This document shows positions 38,351 to 48,179 of a DNA stretch of 64,000 bases, piece by piece; the first letter of the stretch is position 1, and each line of letters starts with the position of its first letter. A model generated the notes under the pieces. That model searched no databases and had not been told where the DNA came from. It was given only the letters and a program-made list of their open reading frames with translations. The translations under genes and the position numbers were made by a program. Source of the stretch: an uncultured archaeon (GTDB taxonomy: Archaea > Thermoproteota > Nitrososphaeria > Nitrososphaerales > Gagatemarchaeaceae); the NCBI GenBank assembly GCA_963817525.1, contig CAWFOU010000001.1, forward strand, positions 608,001 through 672,000, written 5' to 3'.

Positions 38351-39396
38351 ACGTGGGCAGGCGGAATTTCGCCCGCACGTTGGCGGCCGCTGGAATAGTC
38401 GCGTTCCTCGCCTTCTTACTGCTCGTCGCATACGCTCCCGACGCGGTCCCGTACAGCCCCAACAACTATGGGTGGAATGGGATAGAGGGGGTCTCATCGG
38501 CTTACAACGTGGTCTTCGCAAGCTCGCTCGCATCCTTGCCGAGCGGACGGACCGTCCTGGTCGAGCTTCAGCCCACCACGAGCTTCAGCCCCAATGACGT
38601 GAAGGCGGTCGCCCGATACGTATCCGGCGGCGGAACCCTCCTGGTGGCGGACAGCTCGGGGGACGCCAATGGCCTTCTCCAGGGACTGGGGACCGGAATT
38701 ACCATCGAGGATCAGCTGGCGGTCAACGACCCCATCTACAATTGGAAGGCCCCCCAGCTCCCTGTAGCGCTGGCGATTCCGGGAAAGGCCTCGTCGTTCC
38801 CGTTCATGAAAGGAGTCCAGGAGATAGCCCTGAACGAGCCCAGCCCGTTGGGCTTGAGCCTCACGGAAAACAGCACCATCGCGATCACAAGCCCGATGAG
38901 CTTCGACGTGAACCGGACGGCCGAACAGACGGCCCTAGCAGCTTTAGGCGCCGCGCCTCCTGACGTCTCGACTGGCCAGTTTGCAATCGCAGCGGCGGAC
39001 AGGATGGGGAGCGGGACCATAGTCGTGGTCGGGGACTCGCAGCTACTGACGAACTCAGGTTGGAACGTCGCGGACAACAGGGTGTTGTTGAACAACCTCT
39101 TCGCGAACTCAACCGTGGTGATAGACGCCTCCCATTGGACGACCAGCCCCCTCACCAGTTCGACGGCCCAGCTGAAGGGTCACCTCTCCCAGGCATACCA
39201 GACGGCGTCAGCTTCGCCCATGAGGTACATCCTGACGGCCGGGTTCGTCGCGGTGAGCATCGCGCTCGTGCCTGAGGACGAGAAGAGACAGATGGAGGAG
39301 CCCGCGAAAATAGAAGAAGGCTCTACAAGCTTTAACAGGGAAGCCATGGATCGAGTAAGAAAGGACAGAGAGAGATATGCCGGGAAGCATGAGTAG
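38347..39396 (+). CDS. DUF4350-like (GATase-like/Gld-type) protein
   Basis: YSPNNYGWNG, GGTLLVAD, VVGDSQLLTN and DASHW. Confidence 0.78.
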   Translation: MNVGRRNFARTLAAAGIVAFLAFLLLVAYAPDAVPYSPNNYGWNGIEGVSSAYNVVFASSLASLPSGRTVLVELQPTTSFSPNDVKAVARYVSGGGTLLVADSSGDANGLLQGLGTGITIEDQLAVNDPIYNWKAPQLPVALAIPGKASSFPFMKGVQEIALNEPSPLGLSLTENSTIAITSPMSFDVNRTAEQTALAALGAAPPDVSTGQFAIAAADRMGSGTIVVVGDSQLLTNSGWNVADNRVLLNNLFANSTVVIDASHWTTSPLTSSTAQLKGHLSQAYQTASASPMRYILTAGFVAVSIALVPEDEKRQMEEPAKIEEGSTSFNREAMDRVRKDRERYAGKHE

Positions 39397-40309
39397 CCAG
39401 TTCGCGGAGGAGGTCTCTAAGAAGGTCATTGGACGGGAGGACGCTATCAAGCTGATGCTTGTCTCACTGCTGAGCCAGGGGCACGTGTTGCTGGAAGGCA
39501 ACCCAGGTCTCGGGAAGACGACGCTCGCCAAGGCATTCTCCGAGACCATTGGAGCTGAGTTCCACAGGATACAGATGACCCCCGACACCCTCCCCGCCGA
39601 CATCCTCGGCACGTATGTCTTCGACCAGAGGAACGCCAGCTTCGAGTTCCGAAAGGGGCCGATATTCGGGAATGTCATACTCGTGGACGAGCTCAACAGG
39701 GCGACCCCGAAGGCCCAAGCCGGCTTACTAGAGGCGATGCAAGAGAGGCAGGTGAGTCTCGAGGGGCAGACGATGAAGTTCGACGAGCCATTCATCGTCC
39801 TCGCTACCCAGGTCCCGTTCGGCAGCCCGGGGACCTATCCCCTCAGCGAGGTGCAGGCGGACAGGTTCGCTTTCTCCGTGTTTCTGGGCTATCCTTCGTT
39901 TGAGAACGAGCTGAAGATCATCGGCTCCATCGACGCCATCGAGCGGACCGAATGCGCGGAGGTCATGTCTTCGACCGATGTCCTGCGGGCCGTAGAGAGC
40001 GCCAAGGGCGTGTACGTGTCAGACCCCGCGAAGAAGTACATCATCTCGCTGGTGACAGAGCTGAGGAGGTCCCCCACGCTCAGGATACAGCCGAGCACGA
40101 GGGCGTCCATCGCGCTCATGAAGGGCGCGCGGGCCTTGGCCCTCATCGAAGGGAGAGACCACGTCCTCCCCGACGACGTGAAGTTTCTTGCCCCGTACGT
40201 CTTCCACCACAGGATCTTCCTCTCCTCTGAGGCGGAGGCCGACGAGGTCACGCCCCACAGCATCGTCGAGGGGGTATTGGAGAAGGTGCCGGTGCCGAAG
40301 GGAAGTTGA
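39377..40309 (+). CDS. moxR: MoxR family AAA+ ATPase
   Basis: HVLLEGNPGLGKT, RIQMTPD, DELNRA, GTYPLSEVQADRF and PDDVK. Confidence 0.95.
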   Translation: MPGSMSSQFAEEVSKKVIGREDAIKLMLVSLLSQGHVLLEGNPGLGKTTLAKAFSETIGAEFHRIQMTPDTLPADILGTYVFDQRNASFEFRKGPIFGNVILVDELNRATPKAQAGLLEAMQERQVSLEGQTMKFDEPFIVLATQVPFGSPGTYPLSEVQADRFAFSVFLGYPSFENELKIIGSIDAIERTECAEVMSSTDVLRAVESAKGVYVSDPAKKYIISLVTELRRSPTLRIQPSTRASIALMKGARALALIEGRDHVLPDDVKFLAPYVFHHRIFLSSEAEADEVTPHSIVEGVLEKVPVPKGS

Positions 40310-41673
40310 AGCTAACCCGCAGGGGGATGGCGGTGTCGTTCGCCGCCCTTTCGCTCGTAATAGCTTCGGCGCTTTTCGAAGACTTGTTCGTCGGGGTCGC
40401 GCTGCTGGTCGCGCTCGTCCTCCTCGCCTTTGACGTCATATGGGTCGGGGTGGGGGCACGCGAGCCGGAAAGCCGCTACAGGCTCGTTAGGACGGAGACG
40501 GCCGAGACGGGAAGAAGCGGGGTTCCCCTTCGTCCTGGAGAGGAGTCTGCCGAACGTGTAAGAATGGTGAAAGCTGGAGGAAGCGTATGCTTCAGGCCAG
40601 GGCTCCAGTTCCTCTCGGTCGAGCCGTCCTCGATACCCCGGGGCAGAGGCGATTCGCAGTTGGAGTTCAAGTTCAAGTCCCCCTACGCCGGGGACTACCG
40701 AGTTGAATCAATCGGAATCGAGGTCATCGGGCCTCTGGGGCTGGCGTCGTCCGAGGGGACGATTGCCTTCAAGGCGAAGTACTCTGTGTTTCCGCACGTC
40801 GTCTCGGTGGCGGCCGCCAGTATCAACCTGTTCGGGAAAGGAGGGTTTGGCGGAACACCCGTCGACTTCCCAGGCGTCGGGACCGAGTTCTACGAGATGA
40901 GGGAATACCAGAGCGGGGATGACTACCGAGGCGTCAACTGGAAGGCCTCTGCTAGGAAGAGCCAGCTAATCGTCAACGAAAAGTTGAGGGAGGCGGGCGT
41001 AAGCTACCTGCTGGTCTTGGACGCCACGGCGCCTGGCTTTTTCGACGCCGACAGGCTGGCCTCGACGTTCCTCGCGCTAGCCAACAGCCTGGCGGCAGCG
41101 GGGGTAAACTTCGCGGTCCTGGTCCACGAGGGAGGGGAGGTCACGCGGGTGACCGAGGTAGAAGACCCGAGGAAGTCGCTCGCAGCCGCGCTGAAGGCCG
41201 CTCTGAGCTTCGCCGACCTGGACTCGGCGGGACTGGAAGAGCTGGTTCCGGTCCGGCCCGCCTCGGCTATGGCGTCGCTGGCCACGAAAGGTGATCCAAG
41301 CGCCTTCGCGCAGATCCCCCAGATGAGAGCGGCCGAAATCAGGTCAAAGTTTGAGAGGGCAGACGCCTGGAGGAGGATCCTAGACTTCGTTCGCGACGGA
41401 GAAACACAGAGCATCGTCTATGTTAGCGGGCTCTTCGGGGGCGTCGAGCCCCTTCTCGAGCTCGCTTGGAAGGCTAGGCGCCTGAGGGATGTTGACATCG
41501 TCGTCGCCGACCCGTGCGCGCCCTGGGTCCTCGAAGCGGACGAAGAGGCAGCGTACGCCACGTACCAAAGGCATCAGAAGAAGGCGAGGGCGCTGCGCGG
41601 GTCGAACATAGAGTGCTACACCGGGGATCCCACCCAGATATCGAGGTACGTCCTCTCCCGCCAGCCGGCGTAG
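40306..41673 (+). CDS. DUF58 (VWA-like) MoxR partner
   Basis: EFYEMREYQSGDD..VNWKASAR. Confidence 0.9.
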   Translation: MKLTRRGMAVSFAALSLVIASALFEDLFVGVALLVALVLLAFDVIWVGVGAREPESRYRLVRTETAETGRSGVPLRPGEESAERVRMVKAGGSVCFRPGLQFLSVEPSSIPRGRGDSQLEFKFKSPYAGDYRVESIGIEVIGPLGLASSEGTIAFKAKYSVFPHVVSVAAASINLFGKGGFGGTPVDFPGVGTEFYEMREYQSGDDYRGVNWKASARKSQLIVNEKLREAGVSYLLVLDATAPGFFDADRLASTFLALANSLAAAGVNFAVLVHEGGEVTRVTEVEDPRKSLAAALKAALSFADLDSAGLEELVPVRPASAMASLATKGDPSAFAQIPQMRAAEIRSKFERADAWRRILDFVRDGETQSIVYVSGLFGGVEPLLELAWKARRLRDVDIVVADPCAPWVLEADEEAAYATYQRHQKKARALRGSNIECYTGDPTQISRYVLSRQPA

Positions 41674-41682
41674 CGGAAAGGG

Positions 41683-43449
41683 TCAGCTCAATCCGTCGGC
41701 GTACCTCTTCAGGGATAGCGCGCACTCCTTGAGCCCCTTCACGTCATTGTAGCTCTGTGGCTTGCCGTAAAGGACCTGATTTAGCTCGCGCGAGACGTCA
41801 GAGGCCGGCCCGATGTCCAAAAGCCCGCGGCCGGACAGGCTTGAGAGCTTCTCGAGCAGGGTTGAGCCGGGAGACAGGCCGTTGATGTTTCCGTAGATCT
41901 CAAGAGCAAGGACGAGCTGCTTAGCTACCTCTCGACTGTCGTCTGACTCGAGGCACAGCGCGAGGCACTTTTCAAGTTCCTCGACTCTCGCGTCCTTGGG
42001 CTTTGCGCTCTCAGTCAGACGAGCGGCTTGAACCCCTTGTCCCCGGACTGGTAGCCTCCCGACCAGGGAGGTCGAGACGGGGCTCGGCAGGTCAGGCCTG
42101 CCGTATTGAGAATGGGCAAGCTTCGCCAATGACAAGAAGACCACGACAGGAGAGGCGAGGAGAAGTGCGAGGAGCAGCCATCCCTCCGCCGAAAGGTAGT
42201 AGGCGTTTCCGATAGGGACGGAATGTCCTACGAGCCATCCGATGCTGGGAAACCTGAAGACATAGAAATCGAGCAGCGAGGCGACGGCAACGAGGGAGAC
42301 GAAGAGCTGGACCCCGAAAAGCGCCGATGCGGTCAGTTTGCTCTTCACTTGAGTGAAGATCAGGCCCTGCACGCAGACAATGGCGAGACCCTCGTAGATG
42401 GCGGCTCTTTGGTAGTTCCTGCCGTACTCAAAAGTCGAACCGGTCATTATCAAGTCCAATGCCACAAACAGGACCACCAAGGCGGTGAACGAATAGAGCG
42501 TCCTGTCGGACTCTCTGAGGTCGGCGTTTCGCGCAAAGGGTCCGCGCCAGATTGTGATTGCCAAAAAGCCGCCGACCGAAAAGACGAACAGGAGCACGTC
42601 GAGGGGTTGCTGAAGGGCGAATATCGAGTATATTGCGGAGGACGTTATCGACTGGTTGACGAACAGGTTGGTCAGGCCCATCCGCCCCGCGGCTGGGGAT
42701 GCGGCCGAAAGCTGCGTAGCCAAAGTGGCAATGTAGACCAAGTTCGTTATCACAAATGTAGCCGAGGCAGCCATCACGAGGAGGACAAGGTCGCGCGTCT
42801 TGGATCGAGCGTTACGTCCCTTTGGGACCAAGACGCCGAGCGCTATTACGAGTCCCGCCAATATGGGGTCCCAGCCCAGCTTGGAGCCCAGAGCGAGACC
42901 AAGGAATGCCCCGCACACCAGCACCGCGCTCTTGTTCCCCTTCATGTACCAGTAGAGCGCCATAAGGCTCGCCGCGGTGAACACCGCGAGGTACACATCC
43001 AGCCATGCCAGCATCGAGATTTCCACGTATCCAGGGACAGAAAACAGGAAGACGGCCGCGAGTACGGCCAGCAAGGGCTTCACCTCCAAGGCGAAATATA
43101 CGAGCGCCCCCACACCGAAGGAGCCTATCAAGAGAGAAGCCGACCGTGCCGAATCCAGCTCGTCGACCGTAAGGTGGGTGTTCCAAGGATTCTGGGGCGG
43201 CGGCAGCAGGTGGCCGGTCAGCGACATCACGATCCCCATTATTGTCTCTCCTGAGAATGGATGATTAGGTGCGGAGACGAAGACCTGCGAAGCCGGAATA
43301 CTCCCCGAGAGGAACGCAATGTTCTGCATCTCTCTGCCGATGTAGAATACTTCGTCCCCGTGCAGCTGATGCAGGACCACGCCGCTATAGAAGATGAGGA
43401 AGAAAAAGAAGGACGTGAGCGAAGCCGCGAATATCCGAGTGACCTTCAA
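41683..43449 (-). CDS. ArnT/PMT-like GT-C glycosyltransferase
   Basis: HGDEVFY loop, NHP, WLDVY and GLALGSK; multi-TM with soluble C-terminus. Confidence 0.75.
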   Translation of the reverse strand: MKVTRIFAASLTSFFFFLIFYSGVVLHQLHGDEVFYIGREMQNIAFLSGSIPASQVFVSAPNHPFSGETIMGIVMSLTGHLLPPPQNPWNTHLTVDELDSARSASLLIGSFGVGALVYFALEVKPLLAVLAAVFLFSVPGYVEISMLAWLDVYLAVFTAASLMALYWYMKGNKSAVLVCGAFLGLALGSKLGWDPILAGLVIALGVLVPKGRNARSKTRDLVLLVMAASATFVITNLVYIATLATQLSAASPAAGRMGLTNLFVNQSITSSAIYSIFALQQPLDVLLFVFSVGGFLAITIWRGPFARNADLRESDRTLYSFTALVVLFVALDLIMTGSTFEYGRNYQRAAIYEGLAIVCVQGLIFTQVKSKLTASALFGVQLFVSLVAVASLLDFYVFRFPSIGWLVGHSVPIGNAYYLSAEGWLLLALLLASPVVVFLSLAKLAHSQYGRPDLPSPVSTSLVGRLPVRGQGVQAARLTESAKPKDARVEELEKCLALCLESDDSREVAKQLVLALEIYGNINGLSPGSTLLEKLSSLSGRGLLDIGPASDVSRELNQVLYGKPQSYNDVKGLKECALSLKRYADGLS

Positions 43450-43729
43450 AACGATGCCCCTCGATAGGCCTACTCGCGCACCACCGCTGAAGATGTCCTG
43501 CCGCGTGCAATCCGGAACGGCATAACTCGACTAGCATCGCCCGGACCAGCTATTTTAGCCATAAGCAACCAGAAGAGAGATTGGGTCACCATTTTCCGCT
43601 AGCGGCGCACCGGCTTGCCGACTGAGGTGGGGGCCAAGGCGGGCCGCGCTTCAAAGACAAGGTCGCCGCTTTCACAAACCATATGGAGAGGGGCGACTTT
43701 GTGGGAAAGTCCTTGAGGAGCCTGATCGC

Positions 43730-45202
43730 TTGACGCTGTTTATCCTAGGTCTGGACGGCGCTTCGCTCGATAACCTCAAAGTGGCCATGAGCAGGATAGA
43801 CCTTCCGAATTTCCGGAAGATTCTGGCGATCGGTCAGCCATCCCCCCTCCGGTCGGCATATCCGTGCGTGACGGGTCCTGCCTGGACCAGCCTCTTCTCA
43901 GGAGTCAATCCGGGAAAGCACGGCATCTTCGACCAGTTCAGCTATCGAGGCGCCAACATCGTCCCCGCGAACATGCGAGAGACAAAGACCCCCCTGCTCT
44001 GGGACTATCTGACCTGGGCGGGGAAGCGGATCCTAGTTATGGGCGTGCCGTTCGTCTATCCGGCTCCGAAGGTCAACGGCATATTCGTCACCGGGACGTT
44101 TAGTCCTAAGCTCTCTTCTTATCCGGCAGACCTCGCACAGAAGTATGACCTGTCGGGGTTCGACTACGACAAAGTGACGGCAGAGCAGGCGTTCGAGACG
44201 ATATTGAAGTCCGGGTCCTTGCCATGGTCGGAGAAGGAGATAGGGCTCCTGAAGAGGAGGATGAAGGTGTGCTCTGAGCTGATCGATTCCGAGCCTTGGG
44301 ACGTCGTGATAATCGTAGACGCATTGCCCGACGAGATCTTTCACATCGCGGGTGGCAATACCCGGGTCGAGGACGAGATGTTCCACGGACTCGACGAGTG
44401 GATCGGGACCATCCTCTCAAGGATGAAGGAGGAGGACAACTTCTTGCTCGTCTCTGACCACGGGTTCTCTCCCATACGCGAGGTGGTGTTCATCAACGAG
44501 TGGCTTCGCTTGAAGGGGTATCTCCCGCAGAGTAGATCGGTCCGCACCAGGATGTTGTTCGGCCTCGGATTCAATTGGGACCTGTTCAGCCGCCCTGGGC
44601 CGACCAGCTGGGCGTACGCGTTCGCGCTCAGGCACTTTCCCGCCACCCTGAGCCGGTTGACCAACCCCCTGAGGAAGGAGCTGCTGCTGGAGAATCGCGC
44701 CACAGATGGGAAGGCGGGGGCTTTTGCTTTGAGCTCTGGCGGGCCCGTAGCTTGGGTAAGGGTCAAAGGGGGCAAGGGAGAGACCGCGACGGCGGTTGAA
44801 GAGTCCGTCATCAACGACCTCGGAGAACTGAAGAGAGCGGGAGTATTGAAGAACGTCTTCAGGGTGGACGAGCTGTATCGCGGCAAGTTCGTGCCGAAGG
44901 CGCCCGGCACCATCTTGATCGAGTCGGCCGACGGGCTCGCGATCGACACCCGACGGATGTTCACTGGGAAGACGATTGGAAGGCCCCTGCTGACGAAGAC
45001 CGGCGACCACAGGATGCACGGGATCTTTGTCTACGTGGGGAAGTCCGTCTTGGCCAAGGGTCTCGTGCCGCAGGTCTGCGACATAGCACCGACTGCGCTC
45101 GCGCTCCTGGATATACCCGCTCCCATGTACCTTGACGGAAGAAACCTGCTACGCGCTGACGGAGAGGAGGATTGGAAACTAAATGTACCCGAGACGCTTT
45201 AG
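43730..45202 (+). CDS. alkaline-phosphatase superfamily (NPP-like) enzyme
   Basis: LGLDGA, VTGPAWTSLFSGVNPGKHG, VSDHGF, GDHR and DIAPT. Confidence 0.9.
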   Translation: MTLFILGLDGASLDNLKVAMSRIDLPNFRKILAIGQPSPLRSAYPCVTGPAWTSLFSGVNPGKHGIFDQFSYRGANIVPANMRETKTPLLWDYLTWAGKRILVMGVPFVYPAPKVNGIFVTGTFSPKLSSYPADLAQKYDLSGFDYDKVTAEQAFETILKSGSLPWSEKEIGLLKRRMKVCSELIDSEPWDVVIIVDALPDEIFHIAGGNTRVEDEMFHGLDEWIGTILSRMKEEDNFLLVSDHGFSPIREVVFINEWLRLKGYLPQSRSVRTRMLFGLGFNWDLFSRPGPTSWAYAFALRHFPATLSRLTNPLRKELLLENRATDGKAGAFALSSGGPVAWVRVKGGKGETATAVEESVINDLGELKRAGVLKNVFRVDELYRGKFVPKAPGTILIESADGLAIDTRRMFTGKTIGRPLLTKTGDHRMHGIFVYVGKSVLAKGLVPQVCDIAPTALALLDIPAPMYLDGRNLLRADGEEDWKLNVPETL

Positions 45203-45388
45203 GCGCTCGGTGACTGTCTTCGTGTCCTCCTTGTCGAGGTCCTCGGCAGGCTTTCCCATCGTCACTCGAAGCACGTACACGACGAATTCATCCACCGTCG
45301 AGAACCCCTTTCCTTGCAGGCTCTTCGTGATTTCGTCATGAAGCTCCTTCGGTATGCGCACGGCGACATCATCGGAGGGCTCCGACAA
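45179..45388 (-). CDS. CopG/RHH small protein with ERLKRLGYI tail
   Basis: VRIPKELHD..GFSTVDEFVVYVLR..ERLKRLGYI; TTG 45388. Confidence 0.82.
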   Translation of the reverse strand: MSEPSDDVAVRIPKELHDEITKSLQGKGFSTVDEFVVYVLRVTMGKPAEDLDKEDTKTVTERLKRLGYI

Positions 45389-45486
45389 GTAATCTTTCGT
45401 CTGTTTCGCCGAGCGTATTTCTGCGTTGTGGATGCAGAACCTATTTCGATGCCGACCGCACGCCAACAAGGACCGGCCTGCGAAAG

Positions 45487-46917
45487 ATGAACAAGTTCGT
45501 CCCGGCGGCGGTCGCTCTCCTGGTGTCCGCGCCCTTCGTTATCAGGGGCTTTCCCTGGCTGTTGTTGTATCCCAACTCCTCACTGATGGTCCTATTCAAC
45601 CACGAAGCGCGCTTTGTCAGCTCCAGCCAGACTTTGGTCTTCTTCAACACGGTAGCGATACACAGCTTCTTCCCCCTGTCGTATGTCTTCGCGAGGGTGT
45701 TCTTCCTATACGTCCCGTCGCCGGTCCTGGTCGAGTTCGTATTCCCAGCGGCGATATCGTTCATCCTCTTGTCGGCGTTGGCCGTTTCATGGCTGAGGAA
45801 CCTTCCAAGCGAAGACTGGTACCTTTCGTGGTTCGCATTGGGCAGCCTGGCCCTATTGTACCTGATCGGGACGGCGGCCGCGTCTTCCCTCTGGTTCAGC
45901 AGCATAGGGCTCTGGGAGCTCCTGGTCTTTCTTTGCCTCTTGCGATACACGCGAGCGACCTCCCTTCAGAGTCCTTCAGTCTCCCTGATCGCGCTCCTTC
46001 TGTTGGCGTCGATGCTCCTTGGTGACGACGGTGTGGCGTTCCTCGCCGCTCTCCTCGCGCTGGTCATGCAGGCCGGTCTGCTGAGGAGAGACAGGATGCC
46101 CTATCTCAGGTGGGCCATGTTGTCGGTGATGATGTTCCTGTCCTACGAAGCTGCCATAGGATTCATCGGAGAGGTGTATTATGGATCATACCTCCCTGTG
46201 CTACGGTCACAGCTGAGCGACCTGCTGTCCTTCAACCTGCAGCTCTCGACGCACCTGAATTATCTGTCGCTGCCTGTGTATCAGACGGTCGGATCGGCGG
46301 TCGCGTTTTTCGCGATGTTCGTTGTCGTGCCGATTCTACTCCTTGGATACTCCCTCAGGAGGGGCTGGAAGATTACCAGCCTCTTGGTCCCGACGATGAT
46401 CCTCTTGGTAGGGGTCGCGCTGAGGTTGTCGAGCATAGTCACGGCAGAGCCCGCATACGTGGGAGCCCTCTACGAGTACGTTCTGTACCTGATGCTACCC
46501 ATATCAGTCCTCGCGGCGGTGCGTGCGAGGGTCGAGGGAGACAGGACGTTTGGGAGGGGGCAGATTCACCGATACGGCTATCTCTTCTTCGCCGTCGTGA
46601 GCGTCTGCGTCTTGGTCCTTGCGACTTTCCAGTTCAATCCGCTGGTCCCCACCGGGAGGATTGATGTGGTCACCGACTCCAGGGTGGAGCCCACCTATGT
46701 TCAGGCCGCAGGAGTGTACGCGAACAACTTCGGCCTGACCGCTCTGTCGACGGCAGAGATCGGAGATACCACCGTCCTCTTCGTGAACCCGTCGAATTTT
46801 ACTTCCAACTATGTCCTCACCAGCCCGCTTCCCTCCCCCTATCGTCTCCCGTTCAAGCTTACTTCCACTCAATCGCTATATTACACGAACGGTATCATCA
46901 TCGTAGTGAGCAAATAG
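45487..46917 (+). CDS. polytopic membrane protein (GT-C/polymerase-like)
   Basis: About 12 TM with a short C-terminal ectodomain; glycan-locus context. Confidence 0.65.
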   Translation: MNKFVPAAVALLVSAPFVIRGFPWLLLYPNSSLMVLFNHEARFVSSSQTLVFFNTVAIHSFFPLSYVFARVFFLYVPSPVLVEFVFPAAISFILLSALAVSWLRNLPSEDWYLSWFALGSLALLYLIGTAAASSLWFSSIGLWELLVFLCLLRYTRATSLQSPSVSLIALLLLASMLLGDDGVAFLAALLALVMQAGLLRRDRMPYLRWAMLSVMMFLSYEAAIGFIGEVYYGSYLPVLRSQLSDLLSFNLQLSTHLNYLSLPVYQTVGSAVAFFAMFVVVPILLLGYSLRRGWKITSLLVPTMILLVGVALRLSSIVTAEPAYVGALYEYVLYLMLPISVLAAVRARVEGDRTFGRGQIHRYGYLFFAVVSVCVLVLATFQFNPLVPTGRIDVVTDSRVEPTYVQAAGVYANNFGLTALSTAEIGDTTVLFVNPSNFTSNYVLTSPLPSPYRLPFKLTSTQSLYYTNGIIIVVSK

Positions 46918-46952
46918 CGCCCGGGATGATCAATGCCGTCATCGCGAAGGCC

Positions 46953-48044
46953 CTAGTCCGGACCAACCGATGCGCTGTATAGCCGCGCCAGCTCGTCAGC
47001 GACCCGGTCCCAATCCATTATCCCGACCCGCGTGACCGGGGGCGACGCTGCGACCTGGGCGATGAGCTCGGCCAATCTCTGCAGGTCTATCGGGTAGTCT
47101 ATTCCGAAGCAGGTCTCGTCGTCGATCCACTCGGTGAGGGCGGATGTTCTCGAGACTATGCACGGCAGCCCTGAGGCCAAGGCCTCGGCGACCACGATAC
47201 CGAAGGCCTCGTACTTCGAGAGGAGGACGAATACGGCCGCGTGTCGATATCCGGCCAGAAGTTCTTCTCTGCTGAGCCCCTCAAGGAAGCGCACCCTGCT
47301 CGACACCCCAAGCCTTGCCGCCTCTCGCTCCAATTCCCGCTTGTACGGACCGGTCCCCACTACCTCCAAGGAGAAGGTGTTCGCCAGCCGGGCCAGGCTT
47401 CCCAAGAGGTATTGGATCCCTTTGTACTTCTCCAGCCGGGAGACGCAGAGTATCCTGAATTCACCCCGGGGGCGGGCCGTTCTCTCTTTGCGAGCGGGCT
47501 CGAACTCTAGCAGGTTCAGCCCATCCGGAATGAGGACGACCTTGCCTTGCTCCAGGCCGAAGTCCTCGAGGACGAGGTCCCTTTCGAAGTTGGAGACGGA
47601 TATGACACGGTCGGATCTTTCGAAAATCTGCCCGGCGTAGCGTCTCCAGGCGACGTGGAGGAGCCTCCTGAACAGGGTGTGTCCGGTCCCGTGATAGTGA
47701 GGGGTGAATACGAACCGCCCCCCTGCCTTTGATTGCGAAGCGTACAGCGAAGGCATCGCGTGGTAACTGTGTGCGTGGACGAGGTCGTAAATGGGGGAGT
47801 TCTTCCTGAGATAATCTCTCATCTCCCGGGAGAAGTAGTAGGCCTCTCCCGGCGCCCAGGACCGGAACCGAAGCACCCTCACGCCGTTTATGGTCTCTTG
47901 CTTGGCGAGACTCCCGGTCGGGTCGGTCGCTAGGACGTCGATGTCGAATCCCCTCTTCACCAGCCTCTCGCTCAAGGCTTGGACGTGGCTTTCGACGCCG
48001 CCTATGCTCGGATAATATCGGGGGCTGACCTGGGCGATTTTCAT
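46953..48044 (-). CDS. glycosyltransferase family 4
   Basis: GGVE, SRLEKYKG and EAFGIVVAEA. Confidence 0.93.
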   Translation of the reverse strand: MKIAQVSPRYYPSIGGVESHVQALSERLVKRGFDIDVLATDPTGSLAKQETINGVRVLRFRSWAPGEAYYFSREMRDYLRKNSPIYDLVHAHSYHAMPSLYASQSKAGGRFVFTPHYHGTGHTLFRRLLHVAWRRYAGQIFERSDRVISVSNFERDLVLEDFGLEQGKVVLIPDGLNLLEFEPARKERTARPRGEFRILCVSRLEKYKGIQYLLGSLARLANTFSLEVVGTGPYKRELEREAARLGVSSRVRFLEGLSREELLAGYRHAAVFVLLSKYEAFGIVVAEALASGLPCIVSRTSALTEWIDDETCFGIDYPIDLQRLAELIAQVAASPPVTRVGIMDWDRVADELARLYSASVGPD

Positions 48045-48179
48045 TGTCGAAGCATCATCTCAAGGCCGGGTACCGGGAAACGACCGGGCATCGTCTTTCG
48101 CACGGTTACTCTCTGCCAAGTCCTGGGCTCTATTTGACCGTTCGACGAGGGGTCCGGTCGCGCCAAGCGATCCCACGCA

